From Erysipelotrichaceae bacterium (GTDB lineage Bacteria > Bacillota_I > Bacilli_A > Erysipelotrichales > Erysipelotrichaceae), in assembly GCA_963676105.1 (NCBI GenBank), contig OY781039.1:840001-872000 (forward strand): 32,000 bases of DNA, given 5' to 3'. Position numbers and translations under genes: made by a program. Position 1 is the stretch's first letter; each line of letters begins with the position of its first letter. Under the pieces are notes generated by a model. That model did not search any database and was not told the DNA's origin. It was given only the letters and a program-made list of their open reading frames with translations. This document shows positions 1 to 8,590 of this stretch, piece by piece.

Positions 1-523
1 ATTTATACACAGCTGCTTTATCTTTTTCACCAGGATGATTACCCGCTAAAACAGCCGCTCTTTCAACCGAAACTTCTGCACCTTTATTGTTAGAGATATA
101 ATCCAACATGGAATTAAGTGATATCTTTTGAACTTCAAGTCCTATTTCTTTATAAGCTTCTTTTAAAATGCTTTTTTGATCATCTGAATCCATAACCGTA
201 AAGTTACGTGGTAAATCCATGCTCGGACTATCTTCGCGTAATATACGCACACAAAGTGAGTGTATGGTTGAAATATGCACACCAGCTGATGTAGATCCCA
301 TCATTTCATCTAGTCTGTATTTCATTTCATTCGCTGCTTTGTTGGTGAATGTAATCGCTAAAATCGATGAAGGAAAAACGCCCAAGTCTGTAATTAGGTG
401 GCGTATTCTTTCAATGAGTACCCGTGTTTTACCAGATCCTGCTCCAGCAACAATACGAACGTAGCGATCTTGGGTAAGAACAGCTTCGTTTTGATTTTGA
501 TTAAGTTGAGTTTTTGTAGACAT
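1..523 (-). CDS. pcrA: UvrD/PcrA-family SF1 DNA helicase, N-terminal ~174 codons only (gene continues past the left edge)
   Basis: My own minus-strand translation from ATG 523 (alternative ATG 529) gives MSTKTQLNQNQNEAVLTQDRYVRIVAGAGSGKTRVLIERI..ILAITFTNKAANEM..HISTIHSLC. It has Walker A GSGKT and SF1 motif Ia TFTNKAA. It is missing from the ORF track because it is open at the edge. The + ORFs 219-464 and 398-619 are antisense shadows of it. Confidence 0.85.
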   Translation of the reverse strand, partial: MSTKTQLNQNQNEAVLTQDRYVRIVAGAGSGKTRVLIERIRHLITDLGVFPSSILAITFTNKAANEMKYRLDEMMGSTSAGVHISTIHSLCVRILREDSPSMDLPRNFTVMDSDDQKSILKEAYKEIGLEVQKISLNSMLDYISNNKGAEVSVERAAVLAGNHPGEKDKAAVYK

Positions 524-573
524 ATGCATATAGTATACCAAAACTTAGGGCTAATAATAGGTCATGTGTCCAA

Positions 574-601
574 GAAAAAACCAAGTGAATTATTCACTTG
601 G
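574..601 (-). terminator. Rho-independent terminator of gltX
   Basis: Perfect inverted repeat ccaagtgaat/attcacttgg (581-590 / 592-601), followed on the minus strand by TTTTTTCTT (A-run 575-580). The hairpin includes the last gltX codons. Confidence 0.7.
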
Positions 602-2062
602 TTCTATATAAGCTTTTAGTTTTTCAATTCCAATTTTTGTACGACGAATACTTTCTTCTTTACCAATGATATATGGAACTTCTAAAGCACCACCAGGGGT
701 AAATTGTTTACCAGTAATCGCAGTACGTACTGGCCAGTAATATTGGCCATTTTTACATTCTAATTTTGCTGGCACTAACTGCATTTTTTCATGTAATTCA
801 TCCACAGATGTCCAATCTTCAATCTCTTCATAACACTTTAGACTTGCCTCAAGTGCCGCAATTGAGTTTTCTTTATTAGTTTTCATCTTTTTATGGAAGA
901 ACATCGTCACATCATAGTCTTCATTAAATGTATCAATGAAATCAACCATTTCAGGGATTTCAGAAAGATATGCAACACGTTGCTGAAGCATCTTTGCGAC
1001 TTCTAATAAATCACAATCAAGTTTTATACCCTCTTTTATATAAGGTAGGGCTAATTCATAGAACTCTTCTAAAGATTTAGCACGAATGTATTGACCATTC
1101 ATCCATTTAAGTTTTTCTATATCAAAGATAGCTGGTGCTTTGGATACACGTTTAACATTAAACGCTTGCGTTAACTCTTCTAATGTATAGATTTCTTGAT
1201 TAGTTTCAGGTGCCCATCCAAGTAGTGCAATATAATTTAAAATAGCTTCAGGTAAATATCCTTTAGATTCTAAGTCTTGGAAAGAGGCATCCCCATTACG
1301 TTTGGATAATTTATGTTGCTCATCCTTCATAACAGGAGGTAAGTGAACATAGGTTGGTTTTTCCCAACCAAAACTTTCATAAATTAAGTTATATTTTGGG
1401 GTAGAAGATAAATACTCATTTCCACGTACCACATGCGTAATATTCATTTGATGATCATCAACAACATTCGCAAAGTTATAGGTTGGAAAACCATCTCTTT
1501 TAAGTAAAACTTGTTCATCTAAAATTTCGCGCTCTACTTCAATATCTCCATAAACTTCATCATGGAAAACAGTCGCAGCTCCCTCTTTGATACTTTGACG
1601 GATAACATATTCTTGAGATTGTTTCTTTTCTTCAATTTCTTCTTTACTTAAGTGATTACATGGATCATTAAATTTAAAAGGAATGCCAGCTTTTTCAGCT
1701 GCTTCTTTTTGTGATTGTAAAACGGTCTCATCACAGAAACAGTAGTGAGCTCCACCCTTTTCAACGAGTTCCTCTGCATAGCCTTTATACATCCCTAAAC
1801 GCTCAGATTGAACGTATGGTCCATAGTTGCCTGGTTTATCTGGTCCTTCATCATAATGAAGACCTACTTTGTTTAAAGTGTCATAAATGACATCAATCGA
1901 ACCTTCCACTAAACGGGCTTGATCGGTATCTTCAATTCTTAAAATAAATTCGCCACCATCTTTTTTTGCGACTAGATATTCATACAATGCGGTACGTAAA
2001 TTACCGATGTGCATATAGCCGGTAGGAGATGGCGCAAAACGTGTTCTTACTTTGTTTGTCAT
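590..2062 (-). CDS. gltX: Glutamate--tRNA ligase
   Basis: Class I aaRS HIGH motif (PSPTGYMHIGNLRTA) and KMSKS-type KLSKRNG, with GluRS-like sequence throughout. Start moved from 2092 to ATG 2062 (MTNKVRTRFAPSPTG), which has GAGGA 7 nt upstream. Confidence 0.93.
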   Translation of the reverse strand: MTNKVRTRFAPSPTGYMHIGNLRTALYEYLVAKKDGGEFILRIEDTDQARLVEGSIDVIYDTLNKVGLHYDEGPDKPGNYGPYVQSERLGMYKGYAEELVEKGGAHYCFCDETVLQSQKEAAEKAGIPFKFNDPCNHLSKEEIEEKKQSQEYVIRQSIKEGAATVFHDEVYGDIEVEREILDEQVLLKRDGFPTYNFANVVDDHQMNITHVVRGNEYLSSTPKYNLIYESFGWEKPTYVHLPPVMKDEQHKLSKRNGDASFQDLESKGYLPEAILNYIALLGWAPETNQEIYTLEELTQAFNVKRVSKAPAIFDIEKLKWMNGQYIRAKSLEEFYELALPYIKEGIKLDCDLLEVAKMLQQRVAYLSEIPEMVDFIDTFNEDYDVTMFFHKKMKTNKENSIAALEASLKCYEEIEDWTSVDELHEKMQLVPAKLECKNGQYYWPVRTAITGKQFTPGGALEVPYIIGKEESIRRTKIGIEKLKAYIEPSE

Positions 2063-2136
2063 AATTAAATCCTCGCGTTTCATATTATACATTAGATTTA
2101 TCCCATATCCAAAGAATTAAAGCTATAATAGAGGAC

Positions 2137-3000
2137 ATGAAACATACATTAACAATTCCTCAATATAAAATTATTGATACACGTGAAAATGAAAAACTAG
2201 AGAACATCTTAGGTGTCGAACTAAGGCGTCCTGATACTAATGCCTTAGGACCAGTTGCCAATGGTAATCTTTGGTCACGTCCTGATGTTTTTTATAAACG
2301 TCAAAACAACCGTAGTGGTGAATGGATTATTCAAAAAGATATACCAGAAAACTGGGTTTACCCTTATAAAGACTTAAAGTTTAAACTCCAACTTTCAAAC
2401 AATAAACATATAGGTTTATTCTTTGAACAAATCTCTAACTGGGAATGGTTGGATTATCAAATCAAACATGCGAAACGTCCAATCAGAGTTTTAAATCTAT
2501 TTGGCTATACCGGAGCTGCTTCTTTAGTCTGCGCTAAAGCAGGTGCCGTAGAAGTGGTCCATGTCGAAGCATCTAAATCTACCTTAAACTGGTTTAAAGA
2601 AAACAGAACGTTAAATAATATGGATGATTATCCGATCCGTCCTATTCAAGAAGATGTCTTTAAGTTTGTCGAGCGAGAAATAAAACGTGATCATAGATAT
2701 GATTTAATCATCTTAGATCCGCCTGCCTATGGTAAAGGACCTAAAGGTGAAGTTTGGAAATTTGAAACAGATATAGAAAACCTACTTAAAAGAATCAATG
2801 TCTTACTATCTGATGATGCCTTTGGACTATTAATGTCTGTTTATGTTGAAGGTTTATATGGTCGTCGTTTTGAAGGTATGGTTAAACAAGGTTTAGATCA
2901 ACGCTCTAAAAAAGTTGAAATACGCGAATGGTATATTCCCATTGAACATAAAGAAGATGCGATGCGTGCGGGTATGAGTGCACGAGTTTTGTTTAAATGA
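2137..3000 (+). CDS. Class I SAM-dependent methyltransferase, RlmI/RlmK-like (probable rRNA methyltransferase)
   Basis: SAM motif I LNLFGYTGAASL and motif IV DLIILDPPAYGKG; 287 aa. TATAAT (2124-2129) lies only 7 nt upstream of the ATG (see findings). Confidence 0.75.
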   Translation: MKHTLTIPQYKIIDTRENEKLENILGVELRRPDTNALGPVANGNLWSRPDVFYKRQNNRSGEWIIQKDIPENWVYPYKDLKFKLQLSNNKHIGLFFEQISNWEWLDYQIKHAKRPIRVLNLFGYTGAASLVCAKAGAVEVVHVEASKSTLNWFKENRTLNNMDDYPIRPIQEDVFKFVEREIKRDHRYDLIILDPPAYGKGPKGEVWKFETDIENLLKRINVLLSDDAFGLLMSVYVEGLYGRRFEGMVKQGLDQRSKKVEIREWYIPIEHKEDAMRAGMSARVLFK

Positions 3001-3641
3001 AAATCATCTTTGAAGACAATCATTTATTAGTCGTCGAAAAACCGGTCAATGTGCCTATGCAGGAAGATGAATCTAAAGACTTAGATTTACTCAATATGGC
3101 AAAGGAATATATCCGGGTTAAATATGACAAGCCAGGACAAGTTTATTGTGGTTTAGTTCATCGATTAGATCGACCTGTTGGTGGGGTAGTGGTTTTTGCG
3201 AAAACCTCTAAAGCTGCTTCACGACTATCTGATTCAATGCGTAAAAACACTTGGCATAAAAAATATGAAGCCATAGTCGTAGGCGATCTTCCTTATTACC
3301 CAGTCTTAAAAGATTACTTGTATAAAGATACAAAAACCAATACATCACGTGTCGTCTCACAAGACAAAGGTAAATACGCTGAATTATCTTTTGAATTATT
3401 AAATAAAAAAGATGATTTAAATCATCTTAGAATTGATCTTAAAACTGGACGCTCTCATCAAATCAGAGTTCAATTCGCTTCACGTAATTGTCCTCTATGG
3501 GGTGATCAAAGATACAATAAAAACGCAAAAGTGGGTCAACAAATCGCTTTATGGGCCTGCGAGTTATCATTTCCTCATCCAATCACAAAAGAAGTTTTAA
3601 CATTCACATCTACTCCACCAAAAGAATTTCCTTGGATCTAA
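2997..3641 (+). CDS. RluA-family pseudouridine synthase
   Basis: Catalytic-Asp motif HRLDRPVGGVVVFAKT and GRSHQIRVQFA. ATGA start/stop overlap with the upstream methyltransferase. Confidence 0.88.
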   Translation: MKIIFEDNHLLVVEKPVNVPMQEDESKDLDLLNMAKEYIRVKYDKPGQVYCGLVHRLDRPVGGVVVFAKTSKAASRLSDSMRKNTWHKKYEAIVVGDLPYYPVLKDYLYKDTKTNTSRVVSQDKGKYAELSFELLNKKDDLNHLRIDLKTGRSHQIRVQFASRNCPLWGDQRYNKNAKVGQQIALWACELSFPHPITKEVLTFTSTPPKEFPWI

Positions 3642-3671
3642 AGACAAATCTATTTCAGATTTGTTTTTTTA
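3641..3671 (+). terminator. Rho-independent (probably bidirectional) terminator between convergent genes
   Basis: Stem acaaatct (3644-3651) / agatttgt (3657-3664), loop atttc, then T7 (3664-3670). It overlaps the last codons of the minus-strand gene ending at 3650. Confidence 0.7.
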
Positions 3672-4384
3672 ACGATAAATAGTTGAAGAATGAAAAGGAT
3701 GATAATGCTTTGCATTAGTTTTGCCATATATAAATCAAAATAGATTTCATAAACATCATAGATATAGAAATTTAAAACAACATTTAAAATATGACCAATA
3801 AAGACAATACTGATGATTGAGGGAATGAATTTTATTTTGTTTAAAACGATGCGATAATACCATTTATCTTTAAATAGATAAAGAAGTATTGAAACGATAA
3901 ATAAAAAAGCAAAGGCAGATGTGATTCCCTCAACAAAATACTTTTGGTTTGAACTAATAAGATTGAAATAGTAAAGAACAGTTGGAAATATAAAAAGGAA
4001 TGAACTAAGTCCCAGATCTCTTACGCCAATTTTTAAGCTTTGTTTATTTTTATTAAATCCTTGTGAATCACACTCATCTAATTTCTCTTTGATTTTTAAA
4101 TAGTTCTCTTCACTTAAAGTTTTACTATCATATCCAAAAAAGAGTGTTAGAACATAAGTCACACCATTAATCATAAACCAAATAAAAAAACCACTTAGAT
4201 AACCAATGACATTAGATAAAGCCATCAATGCAATAACTGAAACAAACCAAGCAAAAATACGTACACTTTGTTTAGGTGAAATTTGATGATGACAATGCTC
4301 ACAAACGCTTGCACTATCAACAAAAAATATTGAGCTTTTACTTAATTGATTATGACAGACTGGACATTGTTTAAGGTTTATCAT
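3650..4384 (-). CDS. Membrane protein with N-terminal CxxC..CxxC zinc ribbon (paralog B), function unknown
   Basis: MINLKQCPVCHNQ..(17 aa)..CEHC, then 2 TM helices, an acidic soluble linker, then about 4 TM helices. Start moved to ATG 4384 (AAGGGAA upstream), giving a 14-nt overlap with the upstream paralog. Confidence 0.6.
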   Translation of the reverse strand: MINLKQCPVCHNQLSKSSIFFVDSASVCEHCHHQISPKQSVRIFAWFVSVIALMALSNVIGYLSGFFIWFMINGVTYVLTLFFGYDSKTLSEENYLKIKEKLDECDSQGFNKNKQSLKIGVRDLGLSSFLFIFPTVLYYFNLISSNQKYFVEGITSAFAFLFIVSILLYLFKDKWYYRIVLNKIKFIPSIISIVFIGHILNVVLNFYIYDVYEIYFDLYMAKLMQSIIILFILQLFIVKKTNLK

Positions 4385-5111
4385 CTGTGTGTTCCCTTTG
4401 TTTTTGTAGAACAATCGCAAGATAAGCTAATGCGCTTAATGTTGGAAGTAAAAACAGTCTCATTTGATTGGTAAAACCATAATACGAAAAAAAACCAAAG
4501 GTTGTATTAAAGGCAAAGGCTAATAAAATAAATGCATTCCAATAGCCTAAGTATTGTTTCGGGTATTTTTTAAATTCATAAATCCATTTTTCATTAAAGA
4601 ATAATCCGACTTGAAGCAAAAAGTAAATGAGTGAAATTGTCATGGTTATTGCCATAATTTGACCTTCAATCATATGGGCTAGATTTACATAATTAAAAAT
4701 AATTAAAGGTGTAATTAATAAGAATATAAACAAGAGAAATGCTTCAAAGATAAAACTCCACTTTTCAGTCTTTGTATAGTGATATATAGGAACATCAATC
4801 TCTTCTTGATCTGGGTTTAATTCATTGTTGTTGATGTCAAAAAAGACTTCAACTTCTTCAGTACGATAGCCCATGATTTTTAAAACAGCATATTGTGATA
4901 CATAAAACATCGGCAAAAATAAGACACCCATTCTTGAATCACCCAATTGTGTAAAAAACAGCGCAAATAGTATGGCTGTTAATACAAAGGCTAGTACTCG
5001 TTGAAATAAAGACGATGATGATTGTGTTCTACAATTAAAACAGGTACTAGGCGTTACAACTGCTAGTGGTATTTCATGTAGACAATTTGGACATCTTTTT
5101 AAATCATGCAT
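4371..5111 (-). CDS. Membrane protein with N-terminal CxxC..CxxC zinc ribbon (paralog A), function unknown
   Basis: MHDLKRCPNC..(13 aa)..CFNC, then the same 2 TM / acidic linker / ~4 TM layout as the downstream gene. ATG 5111 is preferred over TTG 5129 (GGTGAGAG upstream). Confidence 0.6.
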   Translation of the reverse strand: MHDLKRCPNCLHEIPLAVVTPSTCFNCRTQSSSSLFQRVLAFVLTAILFALFFTQLGDSRMGVLFLPMFYVSQYAVLKIMGYRTEEVEVFFDINNNELNPDQEEIDVPIYHYTKTEKWSFIFEAFLLFIFLLITPLIIFNYVNLAHMIEGQIMAITMTISLIYFLLQVGLFFNEKWIYEFKKYPKQYLGYWNAFILLAFAFNTTFGFFSYYGFTNQMRLFLLPTLSALAYLAIVLQKQREHTDDKP

Positions 5112-5139
5112 ATGTTTTCTCTCACCCAAATTTAAATTT

Positions 5140-5148
5140 ATTATAACA
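5140..5148 (-). promoter_or_regulatory. Extended -10 promoter element (TGTTATAAT) for the zinc-ribbon gene pair
   Basis: The minus strand reads tttGTTATAATaaatttaaatttGGGTGAGAGaaaacatATG. The -35 is poor (aatttt at 17 nt). Confidence 0.4.
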
Positions 5149-5166
5149 AATTCATCATCTTTAAAA

Positions 5167-6174
5167 TTAAACTTTTGTGACTTTGCTACGAACGATTGCT
5201 TTTAAATTTTTTGAAGATGTAAGACGCATTGCTTCTTTAAGTTCGGCATTCAATTTTTCTGCGTATTTAAAGACACCCTCACTGCCACCACCAATCGCAG
5301 CATGTGAGAACGGACGTCCAATGAGAACTCCATCAGCTCCAAGTGCAAGTGCTTTAAAGACATCAAAACCTGAACGGTAACCACCATCAGTAAAAACTAA
5401 GCAAGCTTTACTAACATAATTAACAATCTCTTCTAAGACATCAATACTCGCCATGCCTTCATCCATGATACGGCCGCCATGATTAGAAACAATAATCGCA
5501 TCAGCACCCGCATCAATCGCTTTTTGCGCATCAGATGTACTCATAATTCCTTTAATGATAAAAGGACCATTAATCATATCTTTAATTTGTTTAAGATCTT
5601 CAACCGTTTTAAATTGGATAGGTGTATCTGAATCTTTCAAGAAAACAAGTCCTGATGCATCCACATCCATCGCAATCCCTAAGCTTGAATGTTCCTGTAT
5701 TAAATCCATTTTTTGTTTAACGATATCTAAGCGCCAAGGTTTAATGGTCGCAATCCCATAGTTGTTTTGATTAATCGCTTTTGCGCCAGATTCAAAAAAA
5801 CGAGGATGGACGCCATCACCAAAAAAAGGCAAGATATTGGCTTTTTTGGCACCATCATTAATCGCTCGTGCATACGCGTCTTCATCCATCTCAGTTCCAT
5901 AGTGTTGTAAAACTGAAGCAATTGGCGCAATCATGATGGGTGAGCTATAGGTCTGATTAAAGAGTTTAAAACTTGTATCAACTTCATAATCTTCACGAAT
6001 GACTTCTTGATTTAATCGATATTGTTTTAATGATTGAACATTATTAACAAATGTTTGACCACTACCTTTACCACCAGGACCTGGAATCCAACCTCTGCAT
6101 ACTTCGCCATTACAGATCTTACACATCTTACAAATGCTCATGTTTTCTTTTGCTTGTTTAAATACGTCTTGCAT
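5167..6174 (-). CDS. FMN-dependent alpha-hydroxy-acid dehydrogenase/oxidase family protein (TIM barrel) with N-terminal Cys cluster
   Basis: Family signature AIIVSNHGGR, FTDGGYRSGFDVFKALALGADGVLIGRP and IKGI. N-terminal CKMCKICNGEVC (CX2CX2CX4C). Strong SD AAGGAGA. Confidence 0.8.
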   Translation of the reverse strand: MQDVFKQAKENMSICKMCKICNGEVCRGWIPGPGGKGSGQTFVNNVQSLKQYRLNQEVIREDYEVDTSFKLFNQTYSSPIMIAPIASVLQHYGTEMDEDAYARAINDGAKKANILPFFGDGVHPRFFESGAKAINQNNYGIATIKPWRLDIVKQKMDLIQEHSSLGIAMDVDASGLVFLKDSDTPIQFKTVEDLKQIKDMINGPFIIKGIMSTSDAQKAIDAGADAIIVSNHGGRIMDEGMASIDVLEEIVNYVSKACLVFTDGGYRSGFDVFKALALGADGVLIGRPFSHAAIGGGSEGVFKYAEKLNAELKEAMRLTSSKNLKAIVRSKVTKV

Positions 6175-6185
6175 ACTATCTCCTT

Positions 6186-6212
6186 ATAAAAAATGAAACA
6201 AATGTTTCATTT
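6186..6212 (-). terminator. Terminator-like hairpin directly abutting the SD of the downstream gene
   Basis: The minus strand reads AAATGAAACAttTGTTTCATTTTTTATAAGGAGATAGTATG: an 8-10 bp stem, a U-run, then immediately the SD and ATG of the 5167-6174 gene. Confidence 0.45.
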
Positions 6213-7062
6213 AATGTTTGAAAAAAGCGATGATTTCATCCTTTTTTGCTTCGCAATCGGCTTTGGCTAATTCATACATCCCATTGACTTGATCGTAGGT
6301 TGCGGAAAAACGTTTTGCACCAAAATCTTTTGTGGGTTGAATTAATATGGCTTTACCATCAGCTTCAAGTTGTTTAGCTGTTGCCATTTCTGAGTTATAT
6401 ACATCTTTTCGATTTCTAAAATCTTGAAGTAAGGTTTTATATTTGTGATATAAAAGATCTAATAAAAACTGAGTAGTCGGTGAATTATCTTCTCGCACAA
6501 AATTACGCGGTTTCGTCACAACCACTAACATCTTATCAACTTTATGATGTAAAGCTCGTCCAACAGGAACCATCGTGGTGACACCCCCATCCATCCACCA
6601 CTCACCATTAACTTTCACATTTTTGCCGGCAATTGGAATGGTACAAGCTGCCTGCATGAGTTTGATTTCATCATCCATGTCTTTTTGATTTAACCAAATG
6701 GTTTCTTGTGTTTTTAAACGATAAACACCATATTCTACCAATGGTTTTATTTTTCTAAATTCTTTGACATCAAATTTTAAACGATGAGTAAGGATATCTT
6801 TAAACATCCGATTGTAAGCAACCGGTGTCCCTTCCTTTAAGATGGCTTTTAAACCAAAGTTTTCAGCTTCTACTGAGGCATTAACTGAGATATCATGCAG
6901 CATTTTAACATCTTTCATGGCAGTCAATCCCGCGTACATGGCACCTGAAGAGATTCCAATATAGATATCAAATTCTACGTTATTTTCAACAAGCCAAGCA
7001 CAAACCCCAGCTGTATAGGCTCCACGTAAGCCACCGCCTTCTAATACTAATGCAGATTTCAT
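6211..7062 (-). CDS. Patatin-like phospholipase
   Basis: Oxyanion motif GGGLRGAYTAGV, nucleophile elbow GISSGA (GxSxG), catalytic Asp in WMDGGV. Confidence 0.88.
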   Translation of the reverse strand: MKSALVLEGGGLRGAYTAGVCAWLVENNVEFDIYIGISSGAMYAGLTAMKDVKMLHDISVNASVEAENFGLKAILKEGTPVAYNRMFKDILTHRLKFDVKEFRKIKPLVEYGVYRLKTQETIWLNQKDMDDEIKLMQAACTIPIAGKNVKVNGEWWMDGGVTTMVPVGRALHHKVDKMLVVVTKPRNFVREDNSPTTQFLLDLLYHKYKTLLQDFRNRKDVYNSEMATAKQLEADGKAILIQPTKDFGAKRFSATYDQVNGMYELAKADCEAKKDEIIAFFKH

Positions 7063-7072
7063 TTAAGCTCTC

Positions 7073-8590
7073 CTAGAATAATGCCGCAAAGACATTCATA
7101 ATTGCGCGATATATTTTAACAAGAAATGGTGTATTAATCGCCATTTCATAGGTAATCTCTTGTGATTTATTAATGGTTTCTACATAATCACTGACCACAT
7201 CTTCCAACATTGGTGAATCAATAATGAGGGCACCACATTCAAAGTGTAGATAATATGATCTAAAGTCTAAGTTACTGGTTCCAATAATAGCCATCTTGCC
7301 ATCGGCAACCATCACTTTACCATGGACAAATCCTGGCGTATATTCATAGATTTTTACACCGTTTTTAGTCAGTCTTTCATAATTTGAACGGGTCACTGAA
7401 TAAACATATTTCTTATCAGGAATCCCTGGGACTAAGATACGAACATCAATCCCACTTTTAGCCGCATTACATAAGGCTGTTTCCATTTCAAAGCCAATGA
7501 CTAAATAAGGGGTCATAATATAAAGATAATGTGAGGCTGTATTAATTAAGTTTAAATGTGCATTTTCAGAAACAGCTTCATCATCTGTTGGTGAATCGGA
7601 GAAAGGTTGAACCATTCCTTGGCCCATGTATACTTCTGTTTCAACCTTATATTTTAAGTAATCTGATTTAACTTTATTGGTGAAATCAAAGAACTGAAGA
7701 AACATTAAGCTTAAAGAATACACAGCTTCTCCTTCAATTGAGATAGCCACATCTTTCCAATGACCAAAACGACTTTTTATATTGACGTACTCATCGGCTA
7801 TATTGGTTCCACCTATAAAACCAATCTTTCCATCAATAACCGCAATCTTACGGTGATCTCGATTATTCATACGAATCGCAAGTACAGGACGGATTGGATT
7901 AAAGACAGCTACTTCAATACCAGCTGCAATTAGTGTTTCTTTAAAGTCATAAGGAAGACTGGTTGCGCCCGCATCATCATACATAAACTTAATTTCAACA
8001 CCAGCTTTGGCTTTTTGTTTAAGTAGATCAAATAAATGAGATAAGACAACCCCTTCTTTAATAATGAAATATTCTAAGAAAATAAACTTTTCAGCTTTTT
8101 CAATCGCATGGATCAAAGCTTGAAACTTAGCTTCACCAGTCGCATAATATTCCACTTTTGAGTTTTCATAGACTGGAAATCCTGAATTACGCAAAATATA
8201 CTCCACATTACGTCGATCAACCGCCCGTCTAACTTTAACTAAGGTTGGTTCATCTTGAAGTAAAAGTGGTTTTTGATCAACACTCATTTCATTTATCCCA
8301 ACTCTGAGCTCTTTGGGAACTTTTCGACCACCAAATAAGAAATAGGTCACAACCCCAACAACAGGCACGCCTAAAATAAACATGATCCAGGTCATTTTAT
8401 AAGATGGGTTATCAAACTTATTTAGGATATAAACAACGACTGTAAAGTTAACAAGGAGTTGAATAAAGTAGATATATTCAATTCTTTGGCTCAACATAAA
8501 AACCACAATATAAATCGTGACTAATTGTAATAGGATTAGCACAGTTACACTAAAGGGTTTTTTAACCAGTTGATGAGCCAGTTTCTTCAT
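7073..8590 (-). CDS. cls: Cardiolipin synthase
   Basis: Two HKD motifs (HRKIAVIDGKIGFIGGTN and HGKVMVADGKMAIIGTSN) and two N-terminal TM helices; 505 aa. Confidence 0.92.
   Translation of the reverse strand: MKKLAHQLVKKPFSVTVLILLQLVTIYIVVFMLSQRIEYIYFIQLLVNFTVVVYILNKFDNPSYKMTWIMFILGVPVVGVVTYFLFGGRKVPKELRVGINEMSVDQKPLLLQDEPTLVKVRRAVDRRNVEYILRNSGFPVYENSKVEYYATGEAKFQALIHAIEKAEKFIFLEYFIIKEGVVLSHLFDLLKQKAKAGVEIKFMYDDAGATSLPYDFKETLIAAGIEVAVFNPIRPVLAIRMNNRDHRKIAVIDGKIGFIGGTNIADEYVNIKSRFGHWKDVAISIEGEAVYSLSLMFLQFFDFTNKVKSDYLKYKVETEVYMGQGMVQPFSDSPTDDEAVSENAHLNLINTASHYLYIMTPYLVIGFEMETALCNAAKSGIDVRILVPGIPDKKYVYSVTRSNYERLTKNGVKIYEYTPGFVHGKVMVADGKMAIIGTSNLDFRSYYLHFECGALIIDSPMLEDVVSDYVETINKSQEITYEMAINTPFLVKIYRAIMNVFAALF

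Noticed and set aside
219-619. ORF-track + strand ORFs 219-464 and 398-619
   Set aside because: They lie antisense to a clear UvrD/PcrA helicase reading frame (Walker A, motif Ia) and across the gltX terminator. They have no SD and give low-complexity translations.
2063-2136. T-box or other leader upstream of gltX
   Set aside because: Only 74 nt separate gltX from the divergent gene. That is too short for a T-box, and I saw no specifier or antiterminator structure.
5177-5930. ORF-track ORFs 5177-5380 (+), 5555-5761 (+), 5727-5930 (-), and similar nested ORFs at 11296-11526, 13641-13835, 14930-15133, 28319-28504, 28628-28828, 29411-29605
   Set aside because: All are nested within, or antisense to, longer ORFs with clear family signatures. 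None has its own SD or promoter.
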